Source of the DNA: Trypanosoma brucei
Taxonomy: Eukaryota
Assembly (NCBI GenBank): GCA_000002445.1
Contig: CP000070.1
Coordinates: 864,001-928,000 of the forward strand
Direction of reading: 5' to 3'
DNA length: 64,000 bases
Shown here: piece by piece, positions 52,851-63,141 of the stretch
Layout: every line of letters starts with the position of its first letter
Position numbering within the stretch: position 1 is the stretch's first letter
The notes under the pieces: generated by a model
Told to the model about the DNA's origin: nothing
What the model saw: only the letters and a program-made list of their open reading frames with translations
The model's database searches: none
Translations under genes and position numbers: made by a program

Positions 52851-55800
52851 TTAGAAACCTCGCCCAACGGATGATTCGCGGTTTGTTGAAGCGCGTCGGG
52901 AAGAATCACGGTTGCCCGAAGGGTGCCCGCTACTCAATCTCGAATCGCGGGATCGCATCTCTAGTTGCTTGATAGTTTCGGTGCGATTGCGGAATGTGGT
53001 GCGCTTTTCGAGTGGGATGTGGTCCTCATTGCTGGCGTTCTTGGTTGGATGCCACGGCTGCCAGTTGCCGGAGGTGAGACTCGCCCCGGGGCTGATTGAA
53101 AAGTTGTGCTCATCCAATCTCTCACTTGGCCGTCGGACAGAACTTCGCGGTGACCTGTTGCGGGTGTTGGCGGCGGCACCGACATCTGAACTTTCAGCCT
53201 CTGAGGTGGAGGGTTTCCCTTCGGCAGCCCGGGTTCGGCCCGCACTGTCGCCGCGGCCACGTACATTTTCTGCGGAGTCCCGCTGTCCGCTGAGTCTACC
53301 CTTCTTCGTTGCTGCCTCGGGTGAAACCGGTTTTTTCCCCGATCCGGAACGCTTCTCGGAGCCGCCTTGAGATGCTGCCTTCTTCTTTGCGCTACGCTCA
53401 TCTCCTTTGCCAATTGGCGGCTTCCGATCTGGGCTCGGTGTCGGTGGTACGTCGAGTTTCACTGTCCGCTGCTCCTTCCCACCTTCCTTCTCAAAGCGCC
53501 CCTCAGAGCCCTTCGAAGACAATCGTTCACCCCCTTCCTCATTACGCTTCGAGAGCGGCTGCTCCTCTGTGGGTTCCTCCGCCTTGGGCTCATCGAGCTC
53601 CTCCAGATCCTCCTCCGCCAATTCCTTTGGAGAACGGGTATATTCATCCTCCTTCACAGGATACCGTTCATCCGCACCAGCAAGTCCCTGGGGTTCATCA
53701 AGCTCCTCCAAACTCTCCTCTTCTGCAGTGCGCTTTGAAAGAGGCCCATCATCTCCATACCCCTCCTCATCGGCCGACTTACCCGCTGCCTCCGTGGGAG
53801 TGCGCTTTTCTTTGCTTTTTTTGGGGGATTTGCGACTTTTCTCCGATCCTTCTTTAGACTTGCCTGTTGTTTCTCTGGGTGATCGCTTCTCCTTTCCCTC
53901 TTTGGGGGACTTGCGGCTCTTTTCCGACTCTTCCTTTGACTTGCCTGTTGTTTCTCTGGGTGATCGCTTCTCCTTTCCCTCTTTCGGGGACTTGCGGCTC
54001 TTTTCCGATTCCTTTGGGGAACGCTTCTTCTTGCGCTCTCCTCCACTGGGATGTTGTTCGTCCTCAGCAGCGTGGCCCTGAGGATCATCGAGTTCCTCGA
54101 GATCTTCATCTTCCTCATTGCGCTTTGAGAGTGGCTTATCCTGTGCGGAGCGGTCGTCCTCTGCGCTCTTAGCCGCAGATTCATTGAACCTATCCGATCC
54201 CCTTTCTTCTTCACTGCGCTTTGAGAGTGGTCTCTCCTGTGCAGAACGGTCGTCCTCCGCGCTCTTCACCTGCTGCTCATCGAGTTCCTCGAGATCTTCA
54301 TTTTCCTCATTGCGCTTTGAAAGTGGCTTATCCTGTGCGGACCGGTCGTCCTCTGCGCTCTTAGCCGCAGATTCATTGAACCTATCCGATCCCCTTTCTT
54401 CTTCACTGCGCTTTGAGAGTGGTCTCTCCTTGGGGGAGCGTCCATCCTCTGCGCTCTTCACCTGTTGCTCATCGAGCTCGTCAAGATATCTGCCCCCCTC
54501 TTCTTCATTACGCTTCGGAGAAGTGCTCTTTGGTGACCGCGATGTCTGCCTGGCAGTGGAACCTTTGCTGTTACTTTTCCTTGAGCTCCTGGGGGAGCGC
54601 TTCTGCGACCGTTGCTTCGAAGGTGATTTTTCCCTTGCGGACCGCCCCTTCTCCGCACTCTTCTCGCGAGAGTCACTTGCATATTCTGAACCATCTTCGT
54701 TCCTCCTTGAAGAGAGCTGGTCACTCCTCATTTCACTCTGTCGTTTGCTCCCTCCCCGGCCAGATCGTCCGCTCGCGCCTCTCCTGGGACTGGAGCCTTC
54801 CTCCTCCTTTTCATTACTTAGCTCCCTCTTGGACTCACCGTCATCCTCCTCAGTGGATCGGATGAGCTTGTAGGAGACAAGGATTTCTCCCCTCTTCACG
54901 GTTTCATTTTGCGGGTCGTGCATTTTTACGGTCAAGGCATCACTGTCGTTGAGCAACTCAAAGCGCCCACTGCTCACAATTCTCTTGTCGTCAAGAACTT
55001 GAACGTCAATGAAGGCTTGCCCACCGTCCATCTCAATGAAGCGCACCTCTTGATTCCAAGTGATGACATGCGCTAAGCCGTCAGCCTCTACCACAGCTGG
55101 CGCAGAGTATGTTGAACCTTCCATATCACAAGCAAAGACGGAAACCTGTCCCTGCGCCAATGGTTCCCCTTCCCGGTCTGTCAGGTTGAGTCCACGAACA
55201 ACCGTCAAGAACAATGATTCACGTGGTCCTGATCCATCTCTCTGTCCAGTACGGTCATTTGACATTTGTGTACCCTGTCTATCTTCCTCATTACTCTTCT
55301 GAATGGTTGCATATGATATGATTCCCCACTCGACCGCGATCTCACCCCAGAGTACATCCTCTTTGACCTTGGATTCGACGAGCAAAACTGCAGAACCCTT
55401 GTGGTAAAGCTTCTCGAAGTCAAGTGGAACAGCACCGACCACAATGAGTTCTTCGTCTTCTTCGTTTTCGACCTCATCCTTGGTAACACAAATGAGAACG
55501 TGACCAAGTTTCTTGGGTGTAATGAGTTGCAGCATCTGCGAACGGTCCTGGGGCAAGTAGGTACATCCTCCCTTTCCGTAATATGGCGAGGACGACATGG
55601 CTCCCTCACTGTTGAATGTGTAGAGACCTGATTCTGAGCAGTTGTCGTCCGTGTCGCGAAGCAGACACAGCACACCACCGTTGTATGGGAGGGCGCCATT
55701 ATCTGTATATTGGAACAAACGGTGGACAACAAAGTTACAGTTAATGGGGCCGCCCTCAAGGTTTTGCTTCAAGGCCGCACCATCTGCATCGTCCTCCCCG

Positions 55801-56576
55801 TCACGCTTTACATACCATGACACAACGATGGAACCCATCGGCGTTTCCTTCATGCGACCGTAGCTGCGGTGCATCTCCCCTGCCGCACAAACCGGCAAGG
55901 TTTCCTCATCACCGCGAGCGCGATTACGAAGAGCATGTGGGGGGACAACAATACCTCCAAACATGTGGTCGTTTTCAGCTGGAAGTGTGTCATCAACGAC
56001 AAGCACCTCCAAACCCTCCTCCTCATTTGGATACGGGAACTCAAACAGCTCCTCCCACGTGCAGATGGCGCTTCTTCCACGGGGGACCTTTGCTGTTTGA
56101 CCCTCAAACGCACCACAGCGCACAAGGACAGAAACTGGATCACGTGGATCGACATTAATGCTCTTACCATGGTGTACCGTGACGATGAGACGCGTTGTAT
56201 TCGTCTGTCGTCGCGATTTCCGCAGTTCATCTAATGTCGTTGGCGGTAGGGGAATTGCAGGCTGGTTTAGTTCTTCGTCTTCCATGACCCGCTGCAGGTT
56301 GCTGGTGCGCGGGCGGGGGATTGAGGGATGTGGGTTCTTCGCGCGTTCCTCAATGATGTTGATTTGCATTAGCTTTTCACGCTCCAGTTCCTTCTCCTGC
56401 TTAGCAGTGCGCAACAAGTGGTTGCGGCCCCGTGAAGGATTGATCTCCGCGCAGCAACTGCAGGCGTAGTGAACTGGCATTTGATCGTACGTGGAAAACG
56501 GAGGAAACCCCTCCCGGCGAATGAGGGACGTGGCCGTGTCATCCTCATGGGGAAGTGGTTCACCGAATATAGACAT
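52851..56576 (-). CDS. Protein of 1241 aa with two C2-like domains and a long charged, internally repetitive C-terminal region.
   Basis: Two C2-like beta-sandwich signatures: LIVTVHHGKSINVDPRDPVSVLVRCGAFEGQTAKV...WEELFEF and LFLTVVRGLNLTDREGEPLAQGQVSVFACD...WNQEVRFIE. These are followed by about 600 aa of K/E/S/R-rich sequence containing 3 x 27-aa and about 2.2 x 64-aa repeats. Confidence 0.6.
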   Translation of the reverse strand: MSIFGEPLPHEDDTATSLIRREGFPPFSTYDQMPVHYACSCCAEINPSRGRNHLLRTAKQEKELEREKLMQINIIEERAKNPHPSIPRPRTSNLQRVMEDEELNQPAIPLPPTTLDELRKSRRQTNTTRLIVTVHHGKSINVDPRDPVSVLVRCGAFEGQTAKVPRGRSAICTWEELFEFPYPNEEEGLEVLVVDDTLPAENDHMFGGIVVPPHALRNRARGDEETLPVCAAGEMHRSYGRMKETPMGSIVVSWYVKRDGEDDADGAALKQNLEGGPINCNFVVHRLFQYTDNGALPYNGGVLCLLRDTDDNCSESGLYTFNSEGAMSSSPYYGKGGCTYLPQDRSQMLQLITPKKLGHVLICVTKDEVENEEDEELIVVGAVPLDFEKLYHKGSAVLLVESKVKEDVLWGEIAVEWGIISYATIQKSNEEDRQGTQMSNDRTGQRDGSGPRESLFLTVVRGLNLTDREGEPLAQGQVSVFACDMEGSTYSAPAVVEADGLAHVITWNQEVRFIEMDGGQAFIDVQVLDDKRIVSSGRFELLNDSDALTVKMHDPQNETVKRGEILVSYKLIRSTEEDDGESKRELSNEKEEEGSSPRRGASGRSGRGGSKRQSEMRSDQLSSRRNEDGSEYASDSREKSAEKGRSAREKSPSKQRSQKRSPRSSRKSNSKGSTARQTSRSPKSTSPKRNEEEGGRYLDELDEQQVKSAEDGRSPKERPLSKRSEEERGSDRFNESAAKSAEDDRSAQDKPLSKRNEENEDLEELDEQQVKSAEDDRSAQERPLSKRSEEERGSDRFNESAAKSAEDDRSAQDKPLSKRNEEDEDLEELDDPQGHAAEDEQHPSGGERKKKRSPKESEKSRKSPKEGKEKRSPRETTGKSKEESEKSRKSPKEGKEKRSPRETTGKSKEGSEKSRKSPKKSKEKRTPTEAAGKSADEEGYGDDGPLSKRTAEEESLEELDEPQGLAGADERYPVKEDEYTRSPKELAEEDLEELDEPKAEEPTEEQPLSKRNEEGGERLSSKGSEGRFEKEGGKEQRTVKLDVPPTPSPDRKPPIGKGDERSAKKKAASQGGSEKRSGSGKKPVSPEAATKKGRLSGQRDSAENVRGRGDSAGRTRAAEGKPSTSEAESSDVGAAANTRNRSPRSSVRRPSERLDEHNFSISPGASLTSGNWQPWHPTKNASNEDHIPLEKRTTFRNRTETIKQLEMRSRDSRLSSGHPSGNRDSSRRASTNRESSVGRGF
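53800..54035 (-). repeat. 81-bp coding repeat x3 (SPKEGKEKRSPRETTGKSKEESEKSRK).
   Basis: 'ttctctggg' recurs at 53871 and 53952. Confidence 0.8.
54065..54500 (-). repeat. 192-bp coding repeat, about 2.2 copies (a 64-aa acidic unit DRFNESAAKSAEDDRSAQDKPLSKRNEE...).
   Basis: 'tcctcattgcgctttga' recurs at 54112 and 54304. Confidence 0.8.
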
Positions 56577-57127
56577 TTACTGCACGCTCACCTCTTCTAT
56601 CTCTTTACAATGGTGCTTATTTGTTTTGCTACACTCCGCAGCAACACACGTACTTCCCTTTTACGTCTTTCTCTCCTAACGCAGGAAAAGTACAGTATCT
56701 TTTTTTGATTTTTTTTATATACAGAATATATATGTATATATAGAGCTGTATACAACACCTCTTCTCCTTTCTCCTTGCTTCTTTTCCTAAACTACTTTCC
56801 TCTTTTTTTTCTTTTTGCCGTTGAAATTCGGTTTTTTACAAATTGTCTGGGGCCTTACCTTCGATCTGGCTCTGTTTGATGCAGTTTTGTTGTGGAATAC
56901 TTTGATAACCGCTGCTGTTATAGTTTTTTCCTTTTTTTTCTTACTTCACAAAACGATGTGGAGACGACGAACAGAGAAGTACACATGGAGAAGTATAGAG
57001 AAATTAAAGAGAAAAAAAATAGGTGAATACAAAGCAATCAATAGTTCGACCAAAGGCGTGCAACGGAAAATAATAACAATAACAGGACCCGAAGGGCAGC
57101 ACAGAGAAAAGTTCAGCATTTAAAACG

Positions 57128-57151
57128 TATATATATATATATATATATATA
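57128..57151. repeat. (TA)12 microsatellite.
   Basis: Seen directly in the sequence. Confidence 0.95.
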
Positions 57152-57561
57152 CGCATGGATATATACAGATATAAATGAGGTGTTGAGATGAAGTGTCGGT
57201 CAACGGACGTGTGCTGATGTCGCCTCCATGTTCATGTTCCTTTTTTTCCTCTCCACTCTCTAGACCCCGGCCAATCTTTCCAGTACTGCATTACTGTTTA
57301 CCGCCCTTTTTTCACCATTAGCCGTTTCCGTGTTCATCCACGCCAGCCCTCCCCCTTCCTCGGTGGCTTGCCTAAAGGGGAAAGGTTTTTTTTTGCAAAT
57401 ACATACATTCGACAACATGAAGGACGGGTCAAGAAGAAGAACAAAAAAGGGAAGAAAAAAATAAAAAATAAACAGTCACTCCTTCCCAAATACATACTGG
57501 TATTGAAGCGCTTCGCTGTTCGTGATGGTGCCAAGGCACAACATAGAGAGAAACTAGCAGC

Positions 57562-60500
57562 TCACCTGCCGGCTGCCATAGCAGCGGCATACACGTGTCC
57601 ACCCTTCGTACGTAGGAGTGCAACTTCTGTTCTCAGTGCATCAATTTCCTCTTGCTGTGCGGCAATAAGGAGACGCAGGTTACTGCGGTCTTCCTCCGTG
57701 GCAACGTTAATGCTATCGTACATTTTGCTGACAACTTTCTGTGTGGACTGCGCCAGCGACCTCTCGACACTCTGCCGGTCGCTCTCCTGGTCGCCGATGG
57801 TTTGCAGCAGGCTTGTGTTATACTCCAGGCTTTCATGTAATTTCTCTCGCAGTACTGCAATCTTTTTATCCCTTTTCCTCAGCTCCTTTTCCCACGACAA
57901 CTCCTCTAAGCGGAGTCTCTCCTTTAATTGCTCTACTTCTCGTGAGCCACACGAGGATTCTAAAACTTCCAAATTTACAATTTGGCCAAACTTAAGCAAC
58001 ATCGCCTCATATATCTTTTCTTCCCACTGTGTATGCAACGCTTGCTTCTCTGATCGTTCGCGTTGCAGGGCTTGCTGCTCTGCAACCATGCTTTTCAACT
58101 TTCCACGCCGATCGTGCTTTTCCTCAGCCAAAGCTCTAATCCGATCGTGTAGACCCGTTATAACTTTGTCTGACACGACCACTAAATCATTTCTACGGAA
58201 AGTATCTGGGCATCGCCCCTCTTCGTCGAGGCAGCGCACTTGACCACACCGCATAGCTACAAGAGTTTCCAACATATTCAACTGTTTACGCTTCTCTCCT
58301 TGAAAGTCTTCAATAGCCTTTAAACACGTAGAAACAGCCGCATTATTCTTGTCCGCAAGCGCTTTATGTTCCTCGATGCGCTGCTCCGTTGCTTCTAACT
58401 GACGCCGCTCCTCTGTAATGGCGTCCACGTAGTCCAACCGAACCTCACGCTTTTCGATTACTTCGCACCAGCGCTCCTCCGAGCAGTTTGGTGGACATAT
58501 TTCTTCCCATGCCTCATCTTCACCCATGTCGTCGTCATCGTCATCATCACTAGTGATATCATCATCGTTCCCCGACATGTCGCTGTGGTGTTTGCGTCGC
58601 TTTATTTGCCGCAGGAAAACCTTTGTGATATACGGTACATGTTCTGCGGGAAAGCTATTTGAAATGAAGATTTCTACCTCCCGACGGAACACTTTGTTGG
58701 CCTCCTGGAGTTTCTCAATGGACGCTGTCTGATCCTGCACAAGACGCTGCAGCTCCTCCATTTCTCTTAGACACCGGTCGCGTGAGTTCCTCGCTTCGTC
58801 GTAGCTACTTTGCAGCTCAAAATCTTTCTGACGGAACACCAATAAGATATTGTACTCACGAAACAACAACAGTGAGTGGGTATGGGCCAAACACAAATTG
58901 GCGTCCACCCTCGAACGTTCCTCGTACATACTCCACAATCGGACATCAAATTCATCCATCATTGCCTGTACTTGCGTGTGTAATCGTTGTCGCTCCGCGA
59001 GTAGTCGGTTCCTCTCAATTTGCAGCTCTTCCTCCTCCATTTCTGTGAGTTTTATATTTTCGTGCTTTACCCGTAGTTCATGGTTCATTCTCTCGCGTGC
59101 GGCTCCTGCAGCGAAGCCACCACCGCTAAAGGGCCTTCCACCCTTTGACGCCGCCAACGTGCCTGTACGTACGCTCCTCGTACGAGCCGCCGCAGTGCCA
59201 AAAGAGTCCCTATTGGCACTAATCGTTACCTTTCTACTATCCTCTCCCTCGCTGCGCCTTGTAGCAGGGGTGTCAGCGCCGCTGGTATCCGTATTAGTGG
59301 CGGGTTCACCAGTGGCGAGATCCGCACCGAAACCACGTTGTGCCTTTTTAGCCGTTTGCTCGCGCAATTTCTCTTCCTGACGCTGCTTCATAAATGCAAC
59401 GAGCCCGTCACGACTTATTTCAAAGCGCTTTCCAGGCATCTCCTCCGGTGTGAGCTTCACATCATCAGCGTGAAAACTCTTATCTTTCAACTTTTCGTTG
59501 ATGGCGCGTATGCGCTGCAAACTAACGTTGAGGGTTCCACACAACCTTTCCTTTTCGTCGCGAAGCTTCAACAGCTCATTGGAGAAGTTGTTGCGCATGT
59601 TGAAAATAATTTCCTCAAGGCGAATTAACTGCTGTAGCTTGATAACCGCAGAAGGCGCCGAGTGGTAAGAGGGATCTGTTCGCAAAATGCACTCGCCACG
59701 GCGCCGTGTTTCACGTCGCAGTTCCTCATTAAGGCTTGCCTCCTCCACCGCAGGATCTGGCTTGTGCGCAAGAAGCATCTCGTAGCCCTTCTTTCTCCAG
59801 TGCCGCTCCTCACGTCGTTCGTCCATTTTGTTGAGGTACTGTCGCATCGTCGTTGTTAGTATCTCCGCCTCCCGATGTGCTGCATTCATTTTTTGCTGTT
59901 CCCCCTCGTTCCGCTTCCTCTCCTCAGAATTTAGCCACCTTACAACCCCAGCGGCGGTTGACAGAGATAAATTACGAGGTGATTGCTGAGACGCCTCTCC
60001 ACTCGCCACGCTAACAATACCACGATCACCGTCACAGGCAAGACTGCTGCACCTTTCAGATCCAAGCAGCTCATCGATTTGTTGTTGGAATAGCTTGATA
60101 GATCCATCTACGTAAGGTGTGCGGAACGACGCAACGGAAAACTCTTTTGAAAAGCTTCGGACGAGGAAGCGGTCGTGGGCAAGGTTGTCAACAAATCGGT
60201 TCCGCATCTTCCTTGTACGAATATTTTCTCTGGCCAGTTCCAACGCCGTGGGTTTCCGTGACTCCTCAACGCGCTGACGCATTTCCTCCTGAAGCTCCCG
60301 GTATATCTGCGGATGTATTGTTATTTCCTCCTTCGACAGGCGATGAGTGAGCGCCAGAGATTGATTTTCCCGCAGAAGTCTGGCATACTTTTGATGCACA
60401 TCCTTCAGCTTATCCAAGAATAAATTGAGCTCACGCCGTTTCTCATCCTCGGCTCGGCGGCGATCATCAAGGTCCTTCTGCTCAGTTATGGAGAACGGAG

Positions 60501-62844
60501 CGAGTTGTGGCTCAACAATCTCCTCCGCCCTCAGTGGTTGGAGTTGGGCAACAGGCGAGGGGGGTTGTGGTGCAATACATCCGTCCAAGAGCTGTGCCAC
60601 AACCAGGCCATCCGACCCAACGGATACCAACATCTTGTCGTCAAAAGAGGTGCAGGCAGCTGCAATGGGCCCATCAAGTCTGTCATGTGCAGACGCCACG
60701 AGTATGGGCTCTAACCTTACTCTCCCCATCTCATCGAGTTGGCGCAAAAGCATCTGAGAACCCTCACATATAACAACAAGATACCTACCAGAATAACTCA
60801 TGCTGGAAGCCTCAGGGGTGTAGTCGCGATAGCACAAGTTCATTAACGGCTCCTCCACGTAATCTGGTGGTTCAATTCCTGTTGGTGGCAGTGGCGGAAG
60901 CTCCTTCTGACCCTCGTAGCGTACATGGAGTCCGTACTTGTAGAGAAGCTCTACTCCACCGGCCCCGATGGCAAAATCGCCGTCTGCCATAGGACAGATA
61001 AGCCGCACAGGCCAAGGTCCCAAATATTCTTCTTCCTCTTCTTCCTCTACGAAGCCCTCCCTCTCACCAGCAGACACATTTGCTTGCTTCTTTTCTACCT
61101 TTTTGCGCTGCCGAATACCTACAAGAGCGTAGTTGCACGTAAACTCATAAGACACGGATTGATCGACCATATCCCTCGTGGGGGCACGAATGGCGAGCAG
61201 CTTACCGCATTCAAATCCTATTAGGCAGCATGATGAGGCATCGTCCCACGCAACGCACGTTGCACCAGGCAAAGGGATCTTGCAAAATCCAATGGGCTCC
61301 AGCGATGAAAAATCGTCCAAAATGGTGAAAAAGAAAACTGTTCCGTGGGCAATAGTGCAAAGTCGATGCTCTGCAGCATCAACCGCGAACAGGGCAAGTC
61401 CATCGTTGTGGGGCCGCCACTGCCCGAGTAACGTAAATGCAGTGCTGCCACGCTTTACCAAGAGAACTGCACCACTCTTACAGCAGGCAAGGAACTTCTT
61501 TTTTTCCGGATCCTTTTGGAAGAAACGAAGACCAATCACCACATTTGGCTGAGGCAGACACATTTTGTACAACTCACGCGGTGTGACGTAGTCAACAAGG
61601 CGTATGGTGCCGTCCTCGCCACCCGTCACCACTGTATGATCAATTGGTGACAGAGCCGCGCTCGTTATGCTGCCGCCGTTGAATTCAAGAGCGGGAACGG
61701 CTTGCTCTTTCGGCTTCGTCACAGCGTTGTTTAATATGTCGTCCGGGTGTACGTATGGCACCCGCCACAACACACCAGCGCTGTCTAACACGACCCACTC
61801 GTCTACATCTTTGCAGTACGTAACTGAGCGAATAAAAGCACCCGCATGAACTAATATTTCGCCGAGACATTCGGGAACATAAAGTGGCGGCGCACCTTCT
61901 CCCTCAGCCACCTCTAGTTCACTTACTCGCCAGAAGCGAAAATAGCCATCATCTCCTGCAGTCATGAGTACGCGACCACCCTCCATCAGCTCCACAACAT
62001 TGATTGCACCTTCGTGGCATGGCGTGTAGTCATAACTCCGCGCCATAAACGTGGCTGCGGTGCCATCATCATCTTCTCTATCAACCTCGCGTGCAAAGCA
62101 GCATCTTATGAGATCACCCTCCCACAATATGATGAGGCCGCTCTCAGAGCCCGATATTACTTTTCCATCCGATAACACGACGAATCCGGAAACATTACTG
62201 ATTTCAAGGCGGCCGAATTTTCCCAGCAGGCCCTGCAGTTTTAGACCAGTGAAAGTGTTGGCCATTGTCCAAAATTTAATGTGTCCCGCACCACCCGACA
62301 CGAGCAGACCGCTATCGAATGGACTGAACAGTACTGTATAAACATCGGTGTTGTGACACTTGCTGCGGAGAACCATTCCACGTGACTCCCAGTCCCAAAC
62401 TGTAAGAAAGAAGTCCGGGTACATTCCAACGGTTGCCATCATGCTTCCATCTTTGTTGAAGGCACACGCACTAAATCCCTTCGTGGCGCCTTTAACAAAC
62501 TCACCCACTTCTGTGCGGGAGGGCCAACTATAGGCACGAATTGCCGGGTCACTGGGTTTTCTCTCACACACAACATAATACTGGCGTGATGGATGCACCG
62601 CGACTGCACCGACACCACCGTTTTCAGGTCCCTGCATTGACTCAATTGTGCCTTTGTGAACGTCTACAAACATTACGAACCTCCCCGAAGCCATGAGAAC
62701 AGTAGAGCCGGTGAGGGCACACACGCCGTTGTACCTCATGGAGTGAATGCCATGATGAGTAAAAATTTTGGTTCCTATCTTCGCCTGAGGATACACGTGA
62801 ATCGGAGGCTTTTCTTTGACCACCGCTTGTGCCGGTGCTGCCAT
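57562..62844 (-). CDS. WD40-repeat plus long coiled-coil protein of 1760 aa, cilia/flagella-associated protein CFAP43/CFAP44-like.
   Basis: The N-terminal ~700 aa carry multiple WD repeats (for example GHIKFWT, GLIILWEGD, GTIRLVDY). The C-terminal ~1000 aa are coiled coil with acidic patches. The size and architecture match the CFAP43/44 family. The specific ortholog is not resolved. Confidence 0.6.
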   Translation of the reverse strand: MAAPAQAVVKEKPPIHVYPQAKIGTKIFTHHGIHSMRYNGVCALTGSTVLMASGRFVMFVDVHKGTIESMQGPENGGVGAVAVHPSRQYYVVCERKPSDPAIRAYSWPSRTEVGEFVKGATKGFSACAFNKDGSMMATVGMYPDFFLTVWDWESRGMVLRSKCHNTDVYTVLFSPFDSGLLVSGGAGHIKFWTMANTFTGLKLQGLLGKFGRLEISNVSGFVVLSDGKVISGSESGLIILWEGDLIRCCFAREVDREDDDGTAATFMARSYDYTPCHEGAINVVELMEGGRVLMTAGDDGYFRFWRVSELEVAEGEGAPPLYVPECLGEILVHAGAFIRSVTYCKDVDEWVVLDSAGVLWRVPYVHPDDILNNAVTKPKEQAVPALEFNGGSITSAALSPIDHTVVTGGEDGTIRLVDYVTPRELYKMCLPQPNVVIGLRFFQKDPEKKKFLACCKSGAVLLVKRGSTAFTLLGQWRPHNDGLALFAVDAAEHRLCTIAHGTVFFFTILDDFSSLEPIGFCKIPLPGATCVAWDDASSCCLIGFECGKLLAIRAPTRDMVDQSVSYEFTCNYALVGIRQRKKVEKKQANVSAGEREGFVEEEEEEEYLGPWPVRLICPMADGDFAIGAGGVELLYKYGLHVRYEGQKELPPLPPTGIEPPDYVEEPLMNLCYRDYTPEASSMSYSGRYLVVICEGSQMLLRQLDEMGRVRLEPILVASAHDRLDGPIAAACTSFDDKMLVSVGSDGLVVAQLLDGCIAPQPPSPVAQLQPLRAEEIVEPQLAPFSITEQKDLDDRRRAEDEKRRELNLFLDKLKDVHQKYARLLRENQSLALTHRLSKEEITIHPQIYRELQEEMRQRVEESRKPTALELARENIRTRKMRNRFVDNLAHDRFLVRSFSKEFSVASFRTPYVDGSIKLFQQQIDELLGSERCSSLACDGDRGIVSVASGEASQQSPRNLSLSTAAGVVRWLNSEERKRNEGEQQKMNAAHREAEILTTTMRQYLNKMDERREERHWRKKGYEMLLAHKPDPAVEEASLNEELRRETRRRGECILRTDPSYHSAPSAVIKLQQLIRLEEIIFNMRNNFSNELLKLRDEKERLCGTLNVSLQRIRAINEKLKDKSFHADDVKLTPEEMPGKRFEISRDGLVAFMKQRQEEKLREQTAKKAQRGFGADLATGEPATNTDTSGADTPATRRSEGEDSRKVTISANRDSFGTAAARTRSVRTGTLAASKGGRPFSGGGFAAGAARERMNHELRVKHENIKLTEMEEEELQIERNRLLAERQRLHTQVQAMMDEFDVRLWSMYEERSRVDANLCLAHTHSLLLFREYNILLVFRQKDFELQSSYDEARNSRDRCLREMEELQRLVQDQTASIEKLQEANKVFRREVEIFISNSFPAEHVPYITKVFLRQIKRRKHHSDMSGNDDDITSDDDDDDDMGEDEAWEEICPPNCSEERWCEVIEKREVRLDYVDAITEERRQLEATEQRIEEHKALADKNNAAVSTCLKAIEDFQGEKRKQLNMLETLVAMRCGQVRCLDEEGRCPDTFRRNDLVVVSDKVITGLHDRIRALAEEKHDRRGKLKSMVAEQQALQRERSEKQALHTQWEEKIYEAMLLKFGQIVNLEVLESSCGSREVEQLKERLRLEELSWEKELRKRDKKIAVLREKLHESLEYNTSLLQTIGDQESDRQSVERSLAQSTQKVVSKMYDSINVATEEDRSNLRLLIAAQQEEIDALRTEVALLRTKGGHVYAAAMAAGR

Positions 62845-63141
62845 TTCTACCAGTTTTTTCCCCCTTTCTACAACGATTTATGTGAACGAAAAGTAACTAA
62901 GAAGCAGACGCCCCACAAGGAAAGGAAAAGAAAATGTTTCACTATGTGAAGGTGAATAAGTTGAGTGGAGACGTTGAATGGGACCAATTTGCTCAATACA
63001 CATGCGGGAAACAAGGAAGCACAAAACTTCCTTCACTCTCCACTCCCCACCAAGAGGACGATCGTTCTTTATGAACCTTCCCAATCGGGAAAAAGAAGTT
63101 CAGCACCTTCACAGAAATTTTTAAAGGAAGGATCGTCACGA

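Noticed and set aside
53309-54873. Plus-strand ORFs 53309..53857, 53407..54081 and 54118..54873 (S/L/P-rich)
   Set aside because: They are mirror images of the charged repeat region of the minus-strand C2-domain gene.
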